NCBI RefSeq assembly: GCF_004010195.1 | Contig: NC_057716.1 | Span: forward strand, 78,735,630-78,799,629 | From: Chiloscyllium plagiosum | Lineage: Eukaryota | Length of the DNA stretch: 64,000 bases | Direction: 5' to 3' | In this document: in pieces, positions 1 through 12,756 of the stretch | Layout: every line of letters begins with the position of its first letter | Position numbering within the stretch: position 1 is the stretch's first letter | Translations under genes and position numbers: made by a program | Notes under the pieces: model-generated | Databases searched by the model: none | The model's input: the letters and a program-made list of their open reading frames with translations, nothing else | What the model was told of the DNA's origin: nothing

Positions 1-39
1 ATAACAATGTGTCTGATAACAGGACACTTCGAAAATTAA

Positions 40-195
40 GTTAGGACTGGCAAGTCAACATGGATTTATGAAAAGGAAATCACATGTAACAAATCTGTTA
101 GAATGTTTGAGGTTGTAATTTGTAGAATATAAGAAGAGGAAGCTGATGGATGTAGATATAGAGCCTTGATGAGACCATACCTGGAGTATTCATGG
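40..195 (+). mobile_element. Old CR1-type LINE RT fragment
   Basis: agtcaacatggatttatgaaaaggaaatcacatgtaacaaatctgttagaa encodes a SQHGFMK..KS..TNLLE-like CR1 RT motif; later agaccatacctggagtatt (RPYLEY). Confidence 0.65.
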
Positions 196-199
196 ATGT

Positions 200-519
200 C
201 CATAGAATCCCTATGGCGTGGAAACAGGCCTCTCAGCTGAACAAGTCCATACCAATTTTTGACGAGCATCCCACACAGACCCAGACCCACATCTCTATCC
301 TTTCCCTGTAACCCTGCACCTAACCTCACATCTCTGGATAATATGGGCAATTTAGCATAGCCAGTCCACCTAATTTGCACAGATTTGCACTGTGGGAGGA
401 AACTACAGCACCCGGAGGAAACCCACACAGACCCGTGAAGAACGTGCAAACTCCACGCAGTTGCCTGAGGCTGGAATCGAATCCAGGTCCCTGGTGCTGT
501 GAGGCATGATGCCGCCCCA
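200..519 (-). mobile_element. HE1-type V-SINE, diverged
   Basis: Reverse complement of the HE1 body (tgtgggaggaaac..cacccggaggaaacccac) plus tRNA-derived head remnant. Confidence 0.85.
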
Positions 520-896
520 CTGCAGGGGGAATGTAACAAGTGCAATTTTGTTCTCTTTACGTATGGATAGGTATACTTGTCATTGAGCAAGTGTAATGAA
601 GATTCAGTAAACTACTTTCTGTGATGAAGTGTATTGGGGCAAAAAAATGAAATAAAAACAGTGAGGGATAATCTTAATTAAAAGAGACGACTATCATTCT
701 GAAAGTTTACAATAGCGACTTTGCAGTCCTCCCAGACATAAACATTTTCCTCATATTAACACTCTTATTCTTCCTTTTGCTTAAGAAGTGTTAGGGCTGC
801 TGTTGGTTCTCAGCTAATATAAAATGGCTGCTGGAGTTTTTGTTTGACACAAAAAATGGCCACCGCCGACTGTTAACTGAAGCAGTAATTTATAGA

Positions 897-1101
897 GGAG
901 AAAGTGAGGTCTGCAGATGCTGGAGATCAGAGCTGGAAATGTGTTGCTGAAAGATTTCAACCTACTGCGAATCCTCTTACAAGGATGCCTTCCTTGAAGA
1001 AGCTCTCTTCCTCCATTCCTGAAGGGCTTATGCCCGAAACGTCGATTCTCCTGTTCCCTGGATGCTGCCTGACCTGCTGCGCTTTTCCAGCAACACATTT
1101 C
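897..1101. mobile_element. Penelope-derived fold-back element with degenerate hammerhead motif, 14-bp TSD
   Basis: Inverted arms ctggaaatgtgttgctg / cagcaacacatttccag; ctgaagggcttatgcccgaaacgtc (HHR core with small deletion); TSD cagtaatttataga at 883-896 and 1102-1115. Confidence 0.8.
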
Positions 1102-2049
1102 CAGTAATTTATAGAATCAGACTCACAGCATTTGCGCTCATAGCAACCAGGAAAGGTAATCAAGTATCCAATAGACATCACTTATTAAGTAGAAATGCTT
1201 TTAAGATAAAAAAACATAGCCATGACTTATGGTAAGACTGCTCTGATAAGGGAAGCAATGATAGAAACTCACCTTGCAAGCTAATTTAAAGTTTTCTATT
1301 CAATATCAGATAGAAGGAGAAAAAGTTTGACTTACATCAGTTTATATATATGTGTGAGTGTGTGCATAAACATAGATATATGTGTATAATAGTAGTTTTA
1401 ATGTATTTGACATCAAGACATTTAGTTGGATTCCTGTAGACAGTTTTAGACACGGATACTGTCTTCAAGGAACACTCTTGGAAAAACCTTAATGGAGGTC
1501 TCTTTTGCCAGCCAATTCTACATTGGTTATTTAGAAAAGATTAGAAATGTCTGATCCCATAATAATTAAGACTCAAGGTAATTATCGTTACACATTATAT
1601 ACACCTTTAAATTCTAAATGGACCAACAAATTAATATTACATTAACTGAATTCCTATGGATAGATAGCCTTAGACACCAGGAAAAGCTCCTTGCTAGCAG
1701 GGAGAATTGAATAACAAGTGCAGAATTCATCACTGTTGGAATGTGGTTGTGAAAGCCCAAGAATAGGTGGTAAAGGAGGCTAGTAAACATCATGAGATCA
1801 TGGGAAGACTTAAGATTGTCCATCAATTTGTCCATCATTAACCATGCAGTCACATAATTAACCTGACTGGATGTGTATGTAATCAATGAACAATATCAGT
1901 TTGTAATTGTCAAAGGCAGGCTGAAAACAAATACACAAAAATTTATGTCTTTCCTTTGTTCAGAGAAGCAGCTTCTGAACCCCCAGAGGTTTGTTCCCAC
2001 TGGTGTAAAATCAATAAACTTTTTGATGTTGGAAGTAGATCCCCGGTGT

Positions 2050-2530
2050 TGAGTGATTTATTTAGTCATTCCACCCAAACAAAGAAAGTGTCCCATGAGG
2101 AAAAATTAAATGGATCAGGCTTTTGCTCTTAGGAGTTAATAAAAAAAAAACAACAAATGCTTCACAGAGCTTGACAAGCAAGATGCAGGAAGCAAGTTTC
2201 CCCTGGTTGGATAGGCATCCAGATCCAGGGGACATAGCTTCAGAACAAGGGTAGATCTTTTCGGACTATGCTGTGCAAGGAAAGTTTTTAGATGTGTGAG
2301 GAAAACTTTTATTTTTACATGGATGGTGGCAGGTGCCTAGAATGTGCTGGCAGTGGAGGTGGTACAATCAAACATGATAACAACATTTAAGAGGCACTTA
2401 GACTGTTACATGAACAGGTAGGAAATAGAGGGATAAAGACCATGTGCAAGCAGATGAGATTAGTTTAAATGGCATGATAGCACAGAAATAGTTGCCAAAG
2501 GGCCGGTTCCTATGCTGTACTGTTCTAGGT
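2050..2530 (+). mobile_element. Decayed CR1 LINE 3' fragment(s)
   Basis: Remnants of FFTQRVV..WN.LP coding sequence and a 3' tail gccaaagggccggttcctatgctgtactgttcta. Confidence 0.7.
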
Positions 2531-2757
2531 TGGGAAAAACATCTTCACAGAGAGAGTGGTGAATCTTTCAAATTCTCTGCTTTGAGAGCTATTGCAGTGA
2601 TTGGAACCAAATGGATCTCATTGACTATGAGGTTGTTAAGTTGGGCAAATCAGGGAGTCCTGGCTGACAGATAGAAACAGGAGATTCAGGAGTCTCCTGA
2701 TTATAGGGACTGGGTTTGAGCTGGCTGGTCACCAGCCCATGCACAAACCCCATATAA

Positions 2758-3080
2758 ATTAGATTACATTACATTACAGTGTGGAAACAGGCCCTTCGGC
2801 CCAACAAGTCCACACCGACCCACCGAAGCGCAACCCACCCATACCACAAACCTAACACTACGGGCAATTTAGCATGGCCGATTCACCTGACCTGCAAATG
2901 TTTGGACTGTGGGAGGAAACCGGAGCACCCGGAGGAAACACACGCAGACACGGGGAGAACGTGCAAACTCCACACAGTCAGTCGCCTGAAGCGGGAATTG
3001 AACCTGGGTCTCCGGCGCTGTGAGGCAGCAGTGCTAACAACTGTGCCACCGTGCCGCCCACTATGCCACCGTGCCACCCA
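2758..3080 (-). mobile_element. HE1-type V-SINE, full length, with 20-bp tandem duplication of its 5' end
   Basis: Complete head/body/tail; 3041-3060 ctgtgccaccgtgccgccca is repeated at 3061-3080 as ctatgccaccgtgccaccca. Confidence 0.92.
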
Positions 3081-3329
3081 CGGTTGACTTGGTGGCTGGC
3101 TACCAGACTCTGTGCAGTTATTTCAGACATGTTGTTCAAGATTGAGATTGATAGATTTCAATGGATTAAAATCCCAAACAATATGGCAATAGTGCAGGGA
3201 AGTGGTGAAATTGGCGATCAGCCACAACCAAATTGAATGTTAGAGTGAGCACAAAAGGGATGAATGATCTACTCCTTATGATCTTCATTATAAAACACAG
3301 GATCTAGAATGCTTTATGCACGTCTCCTT

Positions 3330-4400
3330 TAAGCTGTTCTCCTTAAAACTGTTCTGCCACCTTTAATGATTTGAGCACATTAACCAGCAGATCCCTCCAT
3401 TCATACATCCCCTTTAGGATTGTGCCCTTTTATTTATATTAACTTTTCTCTTTCATCGGATCAAAGTTAATCATTTTACACTTCTCTGCATTAAATTTCA
3501 TATGTCGCTTGTTTGCCCATTCCACCAACCTGGCTGAGCTGCTTTGAAATTTAAAACTATCTACTTCACAGTTCACAATGCATCCAAACCTGTTGTCTGA
3601 AAATTTCAATATTTTGTGTTGTTGCCCAAGTCTAGGTGTTGAAGGTGTATCAGGAAGAGCAGTGGCCTGAGCATTGATGTCTTGTGAATGTCTCTATGAT
3701 TTTTTTTAGATTACTAATTAGGTTAGATTAGATTAGATTCGATTCGATTACTTAGTGTTCAAACAGGCCCTTTGGCCCAACAAGTACACACCGACCCTCC
3801 AAAGAGGAACCCACCCAGACCCATTCCCCTACATTTCCCCCTTCACCTAAGGCTGCTGGCAATTTAGCATGGCCAATTCACCAAACCTGCACATTTTTGG
3901 ACTGTGGGAGGAAATCGGAGCACCCGGAGGAAACCCAAGCAGACACGGGGAGAATGTGCAAACTCCACACAGACAGTTGCTTGAGGCTTTCTTCCAGACT
4001 GAAAAAAATCACTTCACCACACTGTTTCTTGTCACTTAGCCAATTTTGTATCAGTTACTCTCCCTTTTATCTCACATGCTGAAACTTCATTCAGAAGTTT
4101 ATTGCGTGGCAGTTTATTAAGTACCTTTCAGAAATCCACCTAACACAGAATTCTCCGTTACCTTATCAAAAATGTTGAGGAAGTGAGGTAAAGTTAACCT
4201 TCCCTTATCATTTCTAAAAACTTACACAGCAATTTTATCTGACTGATTTATAGTTGCATGTTATACTTAGGTATTTGTTTGAAAAAGAATGTAATGGCTG
4301 CCAATCTCCAGTCATCTGGCACCACCACTCTATCGAAGGAGCTTTTGAAGATTATGCTCAATGCTTCCCCTATTTCTGCCGTTCATTCCACGGATGCATC
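3330..4400 (-). mobile_element. Old CR1 LINE RT remnants interrupted by an HE1 copy
   Basis: Degenerate antisense CR1 RT motifs (ttaaatttcatatg..gcccattccaccaacc; tacctttcagaaatcca). Confidence 0.5.
3708..3987 (-). mobile_element. HE1-type V-SINE, 5'-truncated
   Basis: (ttaga)n tail and V-domain body, no tRNA head. Confidence 0.9.
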
Positions 4401-4912
4401 TCATTGTCTCCTTTTGACATATCAAGGTCTCGAGACCACGCTGCTCTCAACCTGTATTATAATGGGTGATCATTTAACCAGGCTATTATTAAAGTACAGA
4501 GAGCCTAATAACTCCTGCTTATCAATTTAAACCAATTTATTGTTTCAATTTCTGCTCTTTCACCATAACCTGTGCAGCATAACTTTCCAGAGTCAAGACA
4601 AATATGGAGTACTCAGTTAATAACACAGCCTTGCCATTTAATCCAACGTCGAAATTCAATTTCAGTTCCATAACTGATCCCACTCTTTTTAAAAATCATC
4701 CATTTACTATACTTTTAGAAAAGTCTTTTGGATTCCCTTTTACATTGGCTGTCATTGTGACACTCTGCTTCTTGATTTCTTCTCTATTACATCTATCCTT
4801 GATTCGCTTTATCTTCTTTCCACCTTTTATCACATAAGGAAGCTCTGCGTAAAGTTGACCCACTTTTCCCCTTCATGAAAATGTAGCTTGTACCCTAAAA
4901 AGTATCCCCTTC

Positions 4913-5217
4913 AGATTAGATTGCCTGCAGTATGGAAACAGTCCCTTCGGCCCAACCAGTCCACACCAACCCTCTGAAGAGTAACCCACCCAGACCCATT
5001 TCCCTCTGACGAATGCACCTAACACTATGGGCAATTTAACATGGCCAATTCACCTGAACTGCACATCTTTGGACTGTGAGAGGAAACCAGAGCACCCGAA
5101 GGAAACCCACACAGAGAACATGCAAACTCCACACAGGCAGTCATCTGAGGCTGGAATTGAACCTGGGACCCTAGTACTGGAAGATAGCAGTGCTAACCAC
5201 TCAGCCACCATGTCACC
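4913..5217 (-). mobile_element. HE1-type V-SINE
   Basis: Tail agattagatt, body, and head cagtgctaaccactcagccacc. Confidence 0.9.
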
Positions 5218-5685
5218 TGAAGGCAATTCATTCTTCTATTAATAGCTTACTCTGTCATTCTAATGTATCAAGGTCTGATCTGTTCTAACTGAATTTCCCT
5301 CACTGATTAATTATTCTTTATCGATATTTCTGTTGTAGTTTATGGAATCTGATATTAATTTTAAAAATCAGTCACTTCAAGGAATGATAAGATAAACATT
5401 TTGCTAAAGTTAAAGCTTACACATGTGAAGGCATGTTATTAGCTTTATTAGGAGTTAGAAGATAGCATGAAAGGATAGGGATATGTACTCACATTGAAAG
5501 AAATACACACCAGGGAAATGATATATTGGCCTTGAAATGAATGCAGTGAGGATTATCCAGATGCCACCTGTGTTCTGAGGATTAAATTTTATGGAGAGTT
5601 TAGACAAATTATGCTTTTATTTCCTGGGATAAAGAAGGTTAAGTTGTGATCTTGCTCAGATTTTTAGGATTGTGATATGACAGGT

Positions 5686-6073
5686 AAAAGCACAACAACT
5701 ACTGGCAGATATCAACACCTACCAAATGAAGGAATTTGACCCCACACCACAACTCACCAATAGAATAAATAACACACTAAGGAATCTACAAAAAAAAGGA
5801 CAGATAACCAGAGCTGACCTACAAAGAATGAAACCGGAAAGCAACAACACCCCCAGATTCTATGGATTACCTAAAGTACACAAACCAGACATCCCACTCA
5901 GACCCATAGTATCACTACCAGGGACACCTTCACACAAACTGGCCAAAGAACGCCAACAGAAACTGAAACACCTGGTCAGCAGATCCAAACACTCTATACA
6001 ATCAACAAAGGAATTCTTGGACATCATCAGAAATACACACATAGACAAAGAAGAAACCATGATATCATTCAAC
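5686..6073 (+). mobile_element. Penelope-like element reverse transcriptase fragment
   Basis: ORF ..TPRFYGLPKVHKPDIPLRPIVSLPGTP..MISF is the hallmark PLE RT N-terminal motif; it runs into the assembly gap. Confidence 0.92.
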
Positions 6074-6573
6074 NNNNNNNNNNNNNNNNNNNNNNNNNNN
6101 NNNNNNNNNNNNNNNNNNNNNNNNNNNNNNNNNNNNNNNNNNNNNNNNNNNNNNNNNNNNNNNNNNNNNNNNNNNNNNNNNNNNNNNNNNNNNNNNNNNN
6201 NNNNNNNNNNNNNNNNNNNNNNNNNNNNNNNNNNNNNNNNNNNNNNNNNNNNNNNNNNNNNNNNNNNNNNNNNNNNNNNNNNNNNNNNNNNNNNNNNNNN
6301 NNNNNNNNNNNNNNNNNNNNNNNNNNNNNNNNNNNNNNNNNNNNNNNNNNNNNNNNNNNNNNNNNNNNNNNNNNNNNNNNNNNNNNNNNNNNNNNNNNNN
6401 NNNNNNNNNNNNNNNNNNNNNNNNNNNNNNNNNNNNNNNNNNNNNNNNNNNNNNNNNNNNNNNNNNNNNNNNNNNNNNNNNNNNNNNNNNNNNNNNNNNN
6501 NNNNNNNNNNNNNNNNNNNNNNNNNNNNNNNNNNNNNNNNNNNNNNNNNNNNNNNNNNNNNNNNNNNNNNNNN
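6074..6573. other. Assembly gap (500 N)
   Basis: Run of N. Confidence 1.
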
Positions 6574-7150
6574 CGGTGTTTGTAGTGGTCTGTCCCTGCC
6601 GCTTCCGGTTGTCAGTTTCAGCTGTCCGCTGTAGTGGTTGGTATATTGGGTCCAGGTCGATGTGTTTGTTGATGGAGTTTGTGGATGAATGCCATGCCTC
6701 TAGGAATTCCCTGGCTGTTCTCTGTCTGGCTTGCCAGACAGGAAGACAGCTAACAATCCGCATACATGAACATCAACTAGCCATGAAACGACACGACCAG
6801 CTATCCTTAGTAGCCACACATGCAGACAACAAGCAACATGAATTTGACTGGGACAACACTGCTATCATAGGGCAAGCCAGACAGAGGACAGCCAGGGAAT
6901 TCCTAGAGGCATGGTATTCATCCACAAACTCCATCAACAAACACATCGACCTGGACCCAATATACCAACCACTACAGCGGACAGCTGAAACTGACAACCA
7001 GAAGCGGCAGGGACAGACCACTATAAACACCGGAGGAAACATCAAAGAAGCACTTCGCAGAAGGTTCCCAAGCACTGATGATGTCGCCTAGCCAGAGGAC
7101 GAAACGTTTGCAATAAAAACTTCCAGCTCGGCGAACAGAACCACAACAAA
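6574..7150 (+). mobile_element. Penelope-like element 3' part (GIY-YIG C-terminus and pLTR) with an inverted duplicated arm
   Basis: 6736 onward encodes QTGRQLTIRIHEHQLA..REFLEAW..SINKHIDL; 6574-6735 is the near-exact reverse complement of 6871-7032. Confidence 0.92.
7072..7111 (+). ncRNA. Minimal (dimer-type) hammerhead ribozyme motif in PLE terminus
   Basis: GCA-CUGAUGA-U-GUC..GAC-GAAACGUU-UGC: core CUGAUGA/GAAA, stem II GUC/GAC, stem I GCA/UGC, loopless palindromic stem III (ACGU). Activity untested. Confidence 0.7.
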
Positions 7151-8309
7151 ATAGTCTTACACTCAGAGTCATGTCATTTGGGAACAAAGTTAGGGATAAC
7201 GTCAAAGGGTGAAAGAATTCCCTTCCTCAAACATCAGTAGATGATGTCTTAACTAAGAACTTCAAATCAGAAATCCACAGATTATTTTGAGAGATCAAAA
7301 TATTAAGGAATATGGGGCCAAGGCTAAATATCAGAACAGGAATGAGGAGCTGACTGGCATTTTCCTCCTGCTATCCCAAGGTCAGTGGTTATATAATGAA
7401 AGAGACATCTCTATTTATACAGGGCAAAGGGCAAAAGAATTCTTCACTGTCCAAATCAATTGTCAAGTGTGTTACTGGAAAGAATATATACAGCCAGATT
7501 TGGAAGCTCAATTTTTTTGAAAGTGAATGATACACATGTCAGATTCCAGATGTCAGATTAGTTCAGTAATATGAGACAATATTTTCGTAGAATTTGTCTA
7601 TGTTGCTGTTTCTGAGGCATTCTTTGAGAATTGTTTCATAATTCTTTCAGGATTTCTGTCTTGTAACACGTAATTGCTTAAACAAGATTCACCAGGTTGT
7701 TCATTTAAAAATGGTGGGATATTGATAACATGTTAAAACACAAAAACGCATGTCATATAGCTGAATTAATGTAGGATTCTTTATTGAAAAGAATTTCCTT
7801 AATATTATGCTGCACAGAAAAAAAATAATCACCTCTCGTCTATGTTAATTTGCCATTCATTTAATTCCTGGATGTCAGGCAATTAACCTCAGTACTTGGT
7901 ATCCAAAAAAGCTATTGATTGCCCAAGGCAAAACAAAATGATTGGCAGTTATTGAGCGACTGTATGAGAAGAAATATTAACGTCAAACTTAAATTTCATC
8001 TCAGAAGAAGTAAATTTTTTTTTGACTTTCATTAAACGTGCCATAACTGTTTTATAAAATATTTCAATTCAAATTATTGTCTTGTGTTGCATTCCTTCAA
8101 TGTCCACAACATTCGAACAAACAGATCACAAATTATTGGAAGTAAACAAATTGTCCCTGAACTGTAGAGATCAGAGAGGTCCCTGATTTAATATCCTGTT
8201 GTACTGAGTTAGTTTTTGACATTTCTAACAATGACAAAGTAGAAACAGGCCCTGAGGCCAGATCAGTCTGTTGTTGTCTACAAGAACAAATAGTTTTAAC
8301 TTGACTGAT

Positions 8310-8480
8310 GCAGAAACAATATATTATGAATGCTGATGATCTGAAATAATAGTCAAAAATGTTGTAAACACTCAAAGGTTCTAATGAAAGTTCACTGATC
8401 TGAATTATTAACTTGGTTCTCTTTCCACTGATACTGCCTGACATGTTGCATCTCTTCAACTTGATTTTGTACCTTTCATT
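8310..8480. mobile_element. Very old PLE-terminus fold-back remnant
   Basis: Degenerate antisense terminus (gaatgctgatgatctgaaataat..aaatgttgtaaacactca) followed by a sense copy (ttctaatgaaagttcactgatctgaatt..gatactgcctgacatg). Confidence 0.4.
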
Positions 8481-8862
8481 GATCTGGTTTGTCTTCAAAC
8501 CATTTTATTCAGTCTTAATTTCTAATTTTGAATGTTGGTTCATCATTTAATTATGAACCTTGGAAGTAAGTTCCACTACATCACAACTCACTATCTAAAT
8601 AACTTCCTTGTGCCTTCTCATCTAAATACCTTACAATTAATGTCATATTTCTACTTTACCGATGCTCTGTGGTTGCTTCTATCAACTCTGTTTTGTTGTG
8701 TTATCAATTTAAGCATAACCTTCACAAATACAAAACCCTCCCCACTGTATTATTTTTGAAGTTTCAATATCCTTCTTATAGCAGTAGAGGACAATACTCC
8801 AGAACACACTGTCCTCTCACTGATGTAAAATCATACTAATGCCATGAGTCCATCATTACCCT

Positions 8863-9522
8863 GTGACATCCCTGAAAGTTGCCACCCAGGTGGATAGTAC
8901 TGTTAAAAAGGCATACAATGTGTTAGGTTTAATTGGTAGAGGGATTGAGTTCCGGGGTCGCAATACCATGCTGCAACAATACAAAACACTGGTGCAGCCA
9001 CACTTGGAATATTGTGTACAGTTCTGGTCCCCATATTTTGGGAAGGATGTGGAAGCATTGGAAAAGGTGCAGAGATTTACCAGGATGTTGCCTGGTCTGG
9101 AGGGAAGGTCTTATGAGGAAAGGCTGAGAGACTTGAACCTGTTCTCATTGGCAAGAAGAAGGCTAAGAGGGGATTTGATGGAGACATACAAGATGATCAG
9201 AGGATTAGATAGGGTAGACAGTGAAAGTCTTTTCCCTAGGATGATGATGTCAGTGTGTATGAGGGGGCATAACTACAAATTGAGGGGTGATAGTTTGAAG
9301 ACAGATGTCAGAGACAGGTTCTTTATGCAGAGAGTGGTAAGGGCGTGGAATGCACTACCTGCTCAGGTAGTTAACTCAGCCACATTAGGGAGATTTAAAC
9401 AATCCTTAGATAAGCACATTTTAGGATAATGTAGTAGGGGGATGAGCTGAGAATAGTTCACAGGTCGGCGCAACATCGAGGGCCGAAGGGCCTGTTCTGC
9501 ACTGTATTGTTCTATGTTCTAT
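8863..9522 (+). mobile_element. CR1 LINE 3' end (RT C-terminal region and tail)
   Basis: ORF with YKTLVQPHLEYCVQFWSP, RRRLRGDL, FFMQRVVRAWNALP; tail ggccgaagggcctgttctg..(tgttcta)n. Confidence 0.93.
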
Positions 9523-9569
9523 TTTCAGTTATGAAGACAAGTTGGTGATGTTGTGGCTGCTTTCTTTCA

Positions 9570-9930
9570 AGGGCAAAGAGAAAGCTTGATTAAAACTTTG
9601 AAAATCATGAGGGGTCAAATTTGAGGAAACAAGGAAAGACTGCTCCTACTCATAAATGGATGAGAGAGCTCAGATTTAAAGTGATTTTGAAAAGAAGTAA
9701 ATGCAATATGAAAAAAACTGTTTCACATTGTCAGCAATTCAATACTGAAATACATTGGATGGAAGTACAATCAAGGAATTCAAGAGAACATTTGATGAAT
9801 ATATTTAAACAGAAATAATGCCCAGGGTTGTAGAGAAAGGGCAGAAAAAAATAGCTCTCGGTCATGATGCGCACCTAGAGAGCCAATGCTGATAAAATGG
9901 GCCGAAAGGTCTTCTTCTGTACTATAGCAA
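9570..9930 (+). mobile_element. Decayed CR1 3' end
   Basis: aaaatcatgagggg.. and tail aaaatgggccgaaaggtcttcttctgtacta. Confidence 0.6.
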
Positions 9931-9984
9931 TTTTCCAAGTTTGTGATGTTCAACAACATGTCCACTTCTGAATTTTTACCATTA

Positions 9985-12106
9985 TCAGCCTCAGACTTGT
10001 TCTTAACCAGAAACTTAATTGGAGCAACCATGTCAATATTGTGGCTACAAGTTAATGCTGAGTACAGAGATTTGGAATTCTGCAAAGCGTAATTCATCTA
10101 CATCTCCTTCAAAGCTTGTCCTCCATCTTACATGTCAGGAATCTGATAGAATAATCCCCATGTACCCAGATGAATGCAGCTCCAGCAACACAAAAGAGGC
10201 TCAATATAGTTCAGAACAAAATAGCCTATTTAATCAGTGCCCAACTACATGAAACACTCTGTTTCTCCACCAATAGCTGAGAATGGTAGAAGTGCACATC
10301 TTTTGCAAAATGAACTGCAGCAACTGACAAAACTTCATTTTAGAGCCCCTTCCAAACCGGTTGCCTCACATAAGTTAGAACATCAAGTGCAACAGACAAA
10401 TGGGAACACCGCCAACTACAAATTTCAGCTGCACAGCTTTTACCCACACATTTGTGATCAGCAGAGGTTCAAGATAGCAAAGAGGGCCTCTGCATGACCT
10501 GATTACTCTCCACCTCGTTCTAAGTTTCCATGGTTGTCTCTGCTGGAGTGTTCATGTGGGCCTGCTGCAGGAAAGTTCAAAGAAACTTGTCATCAGCTTG
10601 GCTGGTCTTGCCCGCTATTCCTTATTCTCAACTTCATGTGCAGTTGTAGTCCATTTGAATGTAGCATGTTGGAAGCAGTTGCTAGTTGCGGCTTCTGCCA
10701 TCATCTTTGACATCTTCTTTATTGTATCATCTGGACACTAGAGCAGTTCGGTTACACCCCTGCTTCTTAATGATGGCCTGAGAACCTGAGAGACCAGCAG
10801 CCAATAGCAGTGAGCTCTAAGGTTCCTAATCACAAGCTGGAGCTTGGCCATTGTGCTGGGAGGCAAGGCCATCTGTTTGAGGCCAGTAATGTTGGGTGTG
10901 CATGTAGCAAATATCTGCATTATTGATAATTTTTCTTTTCATCAGCTTTGTCCACAAGCTTCAAGCCTCAAAAATGCTGGAAATCATCCAGATAGTTCCA
11001 ATAGCCTCATACTGTGTGGACAGTGTTTTGATATTCACAAGGATACATGGCTTCTTGGACAACCTATTACAAGTAGCAGCTTTTCGGTGCTGTCTGCATT
11101 CCTCACTCCATGTTCAACTGTTCCATAATTCATCAAAGACCGATCTGGAAAATGACAGTGCAACAGTCCAGTTTCATCAGAGTTAAAAATGCCTCCTGTT
11201 ATGTATTCATTCAGAGAATGGGTAAAACTATTTTGCAAACAATCATTTATCATTGCTGCGCTAACTGGCAATCTCTTACTTCTTACCAAATGGAAGGCAA
11301 TACTGTACCTCCCTTGAATCTATCCTGCTACCTACTTTGCCAAGGTGACTTCACTTTCCTACAGAATTGGACTGGAGACAGGAACATTCTTTGTTTGAGC
11401 TGCCTTGAACCATGTTAGTAGGGCTTCTTGATAGGCAGTCATTTTCATTTTCTTCCTCACTGCAAAGAATACTTGCTTCTCAAATCATTCCTGCATATTC
11501 AACCTCGACATCAGAATGGTCAGTAAACTCAATGGTGCAATCTCCCACTCATTAGCGATGGCAGCTTTTTGCTTCACATTATAGTTCTCCACTTGTTTCT
11601 CAACTTGAATGATCTCTGATCAACACTTTCAACTTTTTCACAGGTTAACTATCATTTCAGAGTTTGAGGGTCATTTCACCAGGAGATATTGTATGATTTT
11701 GCACTCCAGCTTCGCCTAACTCCATTTTAAGTGGTTGGTGCAGACATTTGATAAGCTTGCATGAGTTTGACTACTCGAGAGTTACCAGTCCCACACTGGA
11801 AGTTATCATGGGCACATTCTATTAGATTTCCCATTCTACCTGTGGGGATGACTGTCAACTTTCAATCAACCAGACATTTAGGTCATTCAAAGTTGACTAA
11901 TTCTGATATTTCAGCATTTTACTATTCTTTTACTGCAACTGAATCAAAACCTTGAATGCTCTTCCTAACAGAACTGCAGGACACACACAATGAATTGCAG
12001 TGATTCAAAAAGGTGGATTACCATCACCTTCTCCAGGGTAACTAGGCATAGTTAATAAATGCAAGCTTTGTCAGCAACATTCATATGCTATGAACAAACA
12101 AAAAAA
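9985..12106 (+). mobile_element. 3' part of a second LINE family, split by a Tigger insertion (LINE pieces ~9985-10450 and ~11924-12106)
   Basis: The two pieces match contiguous sequence of the copy at 36555-36835 (atgggaacac.. then ..tcactgc..aaatcctg..ccttctc.agggcaa). Confidence 0.65.
10455..11924 (-). mobile_element. Decayed Tigger/pogo (Tc1-mariner) DNA transposon, transposase pseudogene
   Basis: Minus-strand IFNSDETGLLHCHFPDRSL (DDE first Asp motif), LPPSTMAKLQ..IRNLRAH, and an upstream KAAIANEWEIAPLSLLTIL CENP-B-type HTH; multiple stops and frameshifts. Confidence 0.8.
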
Positions 12107-12756
12107 GACCCTACAATGCAATTTTTGAAAACAGATTTAGCAATTTGATGTGTTACTTTTGGTAGCTGATGAATATACTGATACTGATGCTATTCCACTG
12201 TACTGATTCTATTTCTATTCCAATTTGATTATCACTAATAAATGTTTTTCCACTAAAATGTATAATCTCAGACTTAATGATAGCTATCTTGTCTTTTTTT
12301 ATTCAGTCCTTTGTAGCCTCCTTCAAGTCGGAGGTTAAAACTGAGATGTAAAATTATGGAAACTTTTTGATTAAAATCATGGAAGTGAAAATGAGGCATG
12401 AAGAAAGCTTTTATTATTAACAATGTTTTTAGCTTCCAATTGCATCTCTCAAGCATTTTAATTAATCATTTAAAAGTTAAGGTAAGTAGATTTTCTCTCG
12501 CCAAGCACATTCAGAGATATTGCCCCAAGGCAACTGAATAGAGCTTGGTTACAGATCGGCCACAGTCACCACCAGTGACAATATAGGCTCTGGTGGGCTG
12601 AATTGACAACTACTACTCCTACATTTCTATCGCAATCTATTTCATGTAATGCAATACAGAATTGTTTTGCTGCTGGCAAACAGCAATCGTTTTGCACATA
12701 GTGAGATCTTGCAAACGATAATAAGGTGGATGTCCAATTCTCCTGTTTAGATTTTG

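Noticed and set aside
1342-1392. TA/TG microsatellite (also a CA tract near 42540)
   Set aside because: Short, imperfect and ordinary.
5726-6763. Long ORFs of 232-302 aa
   Set aside because: Their length comes from the N gap; only the PLE-derived parts are real.
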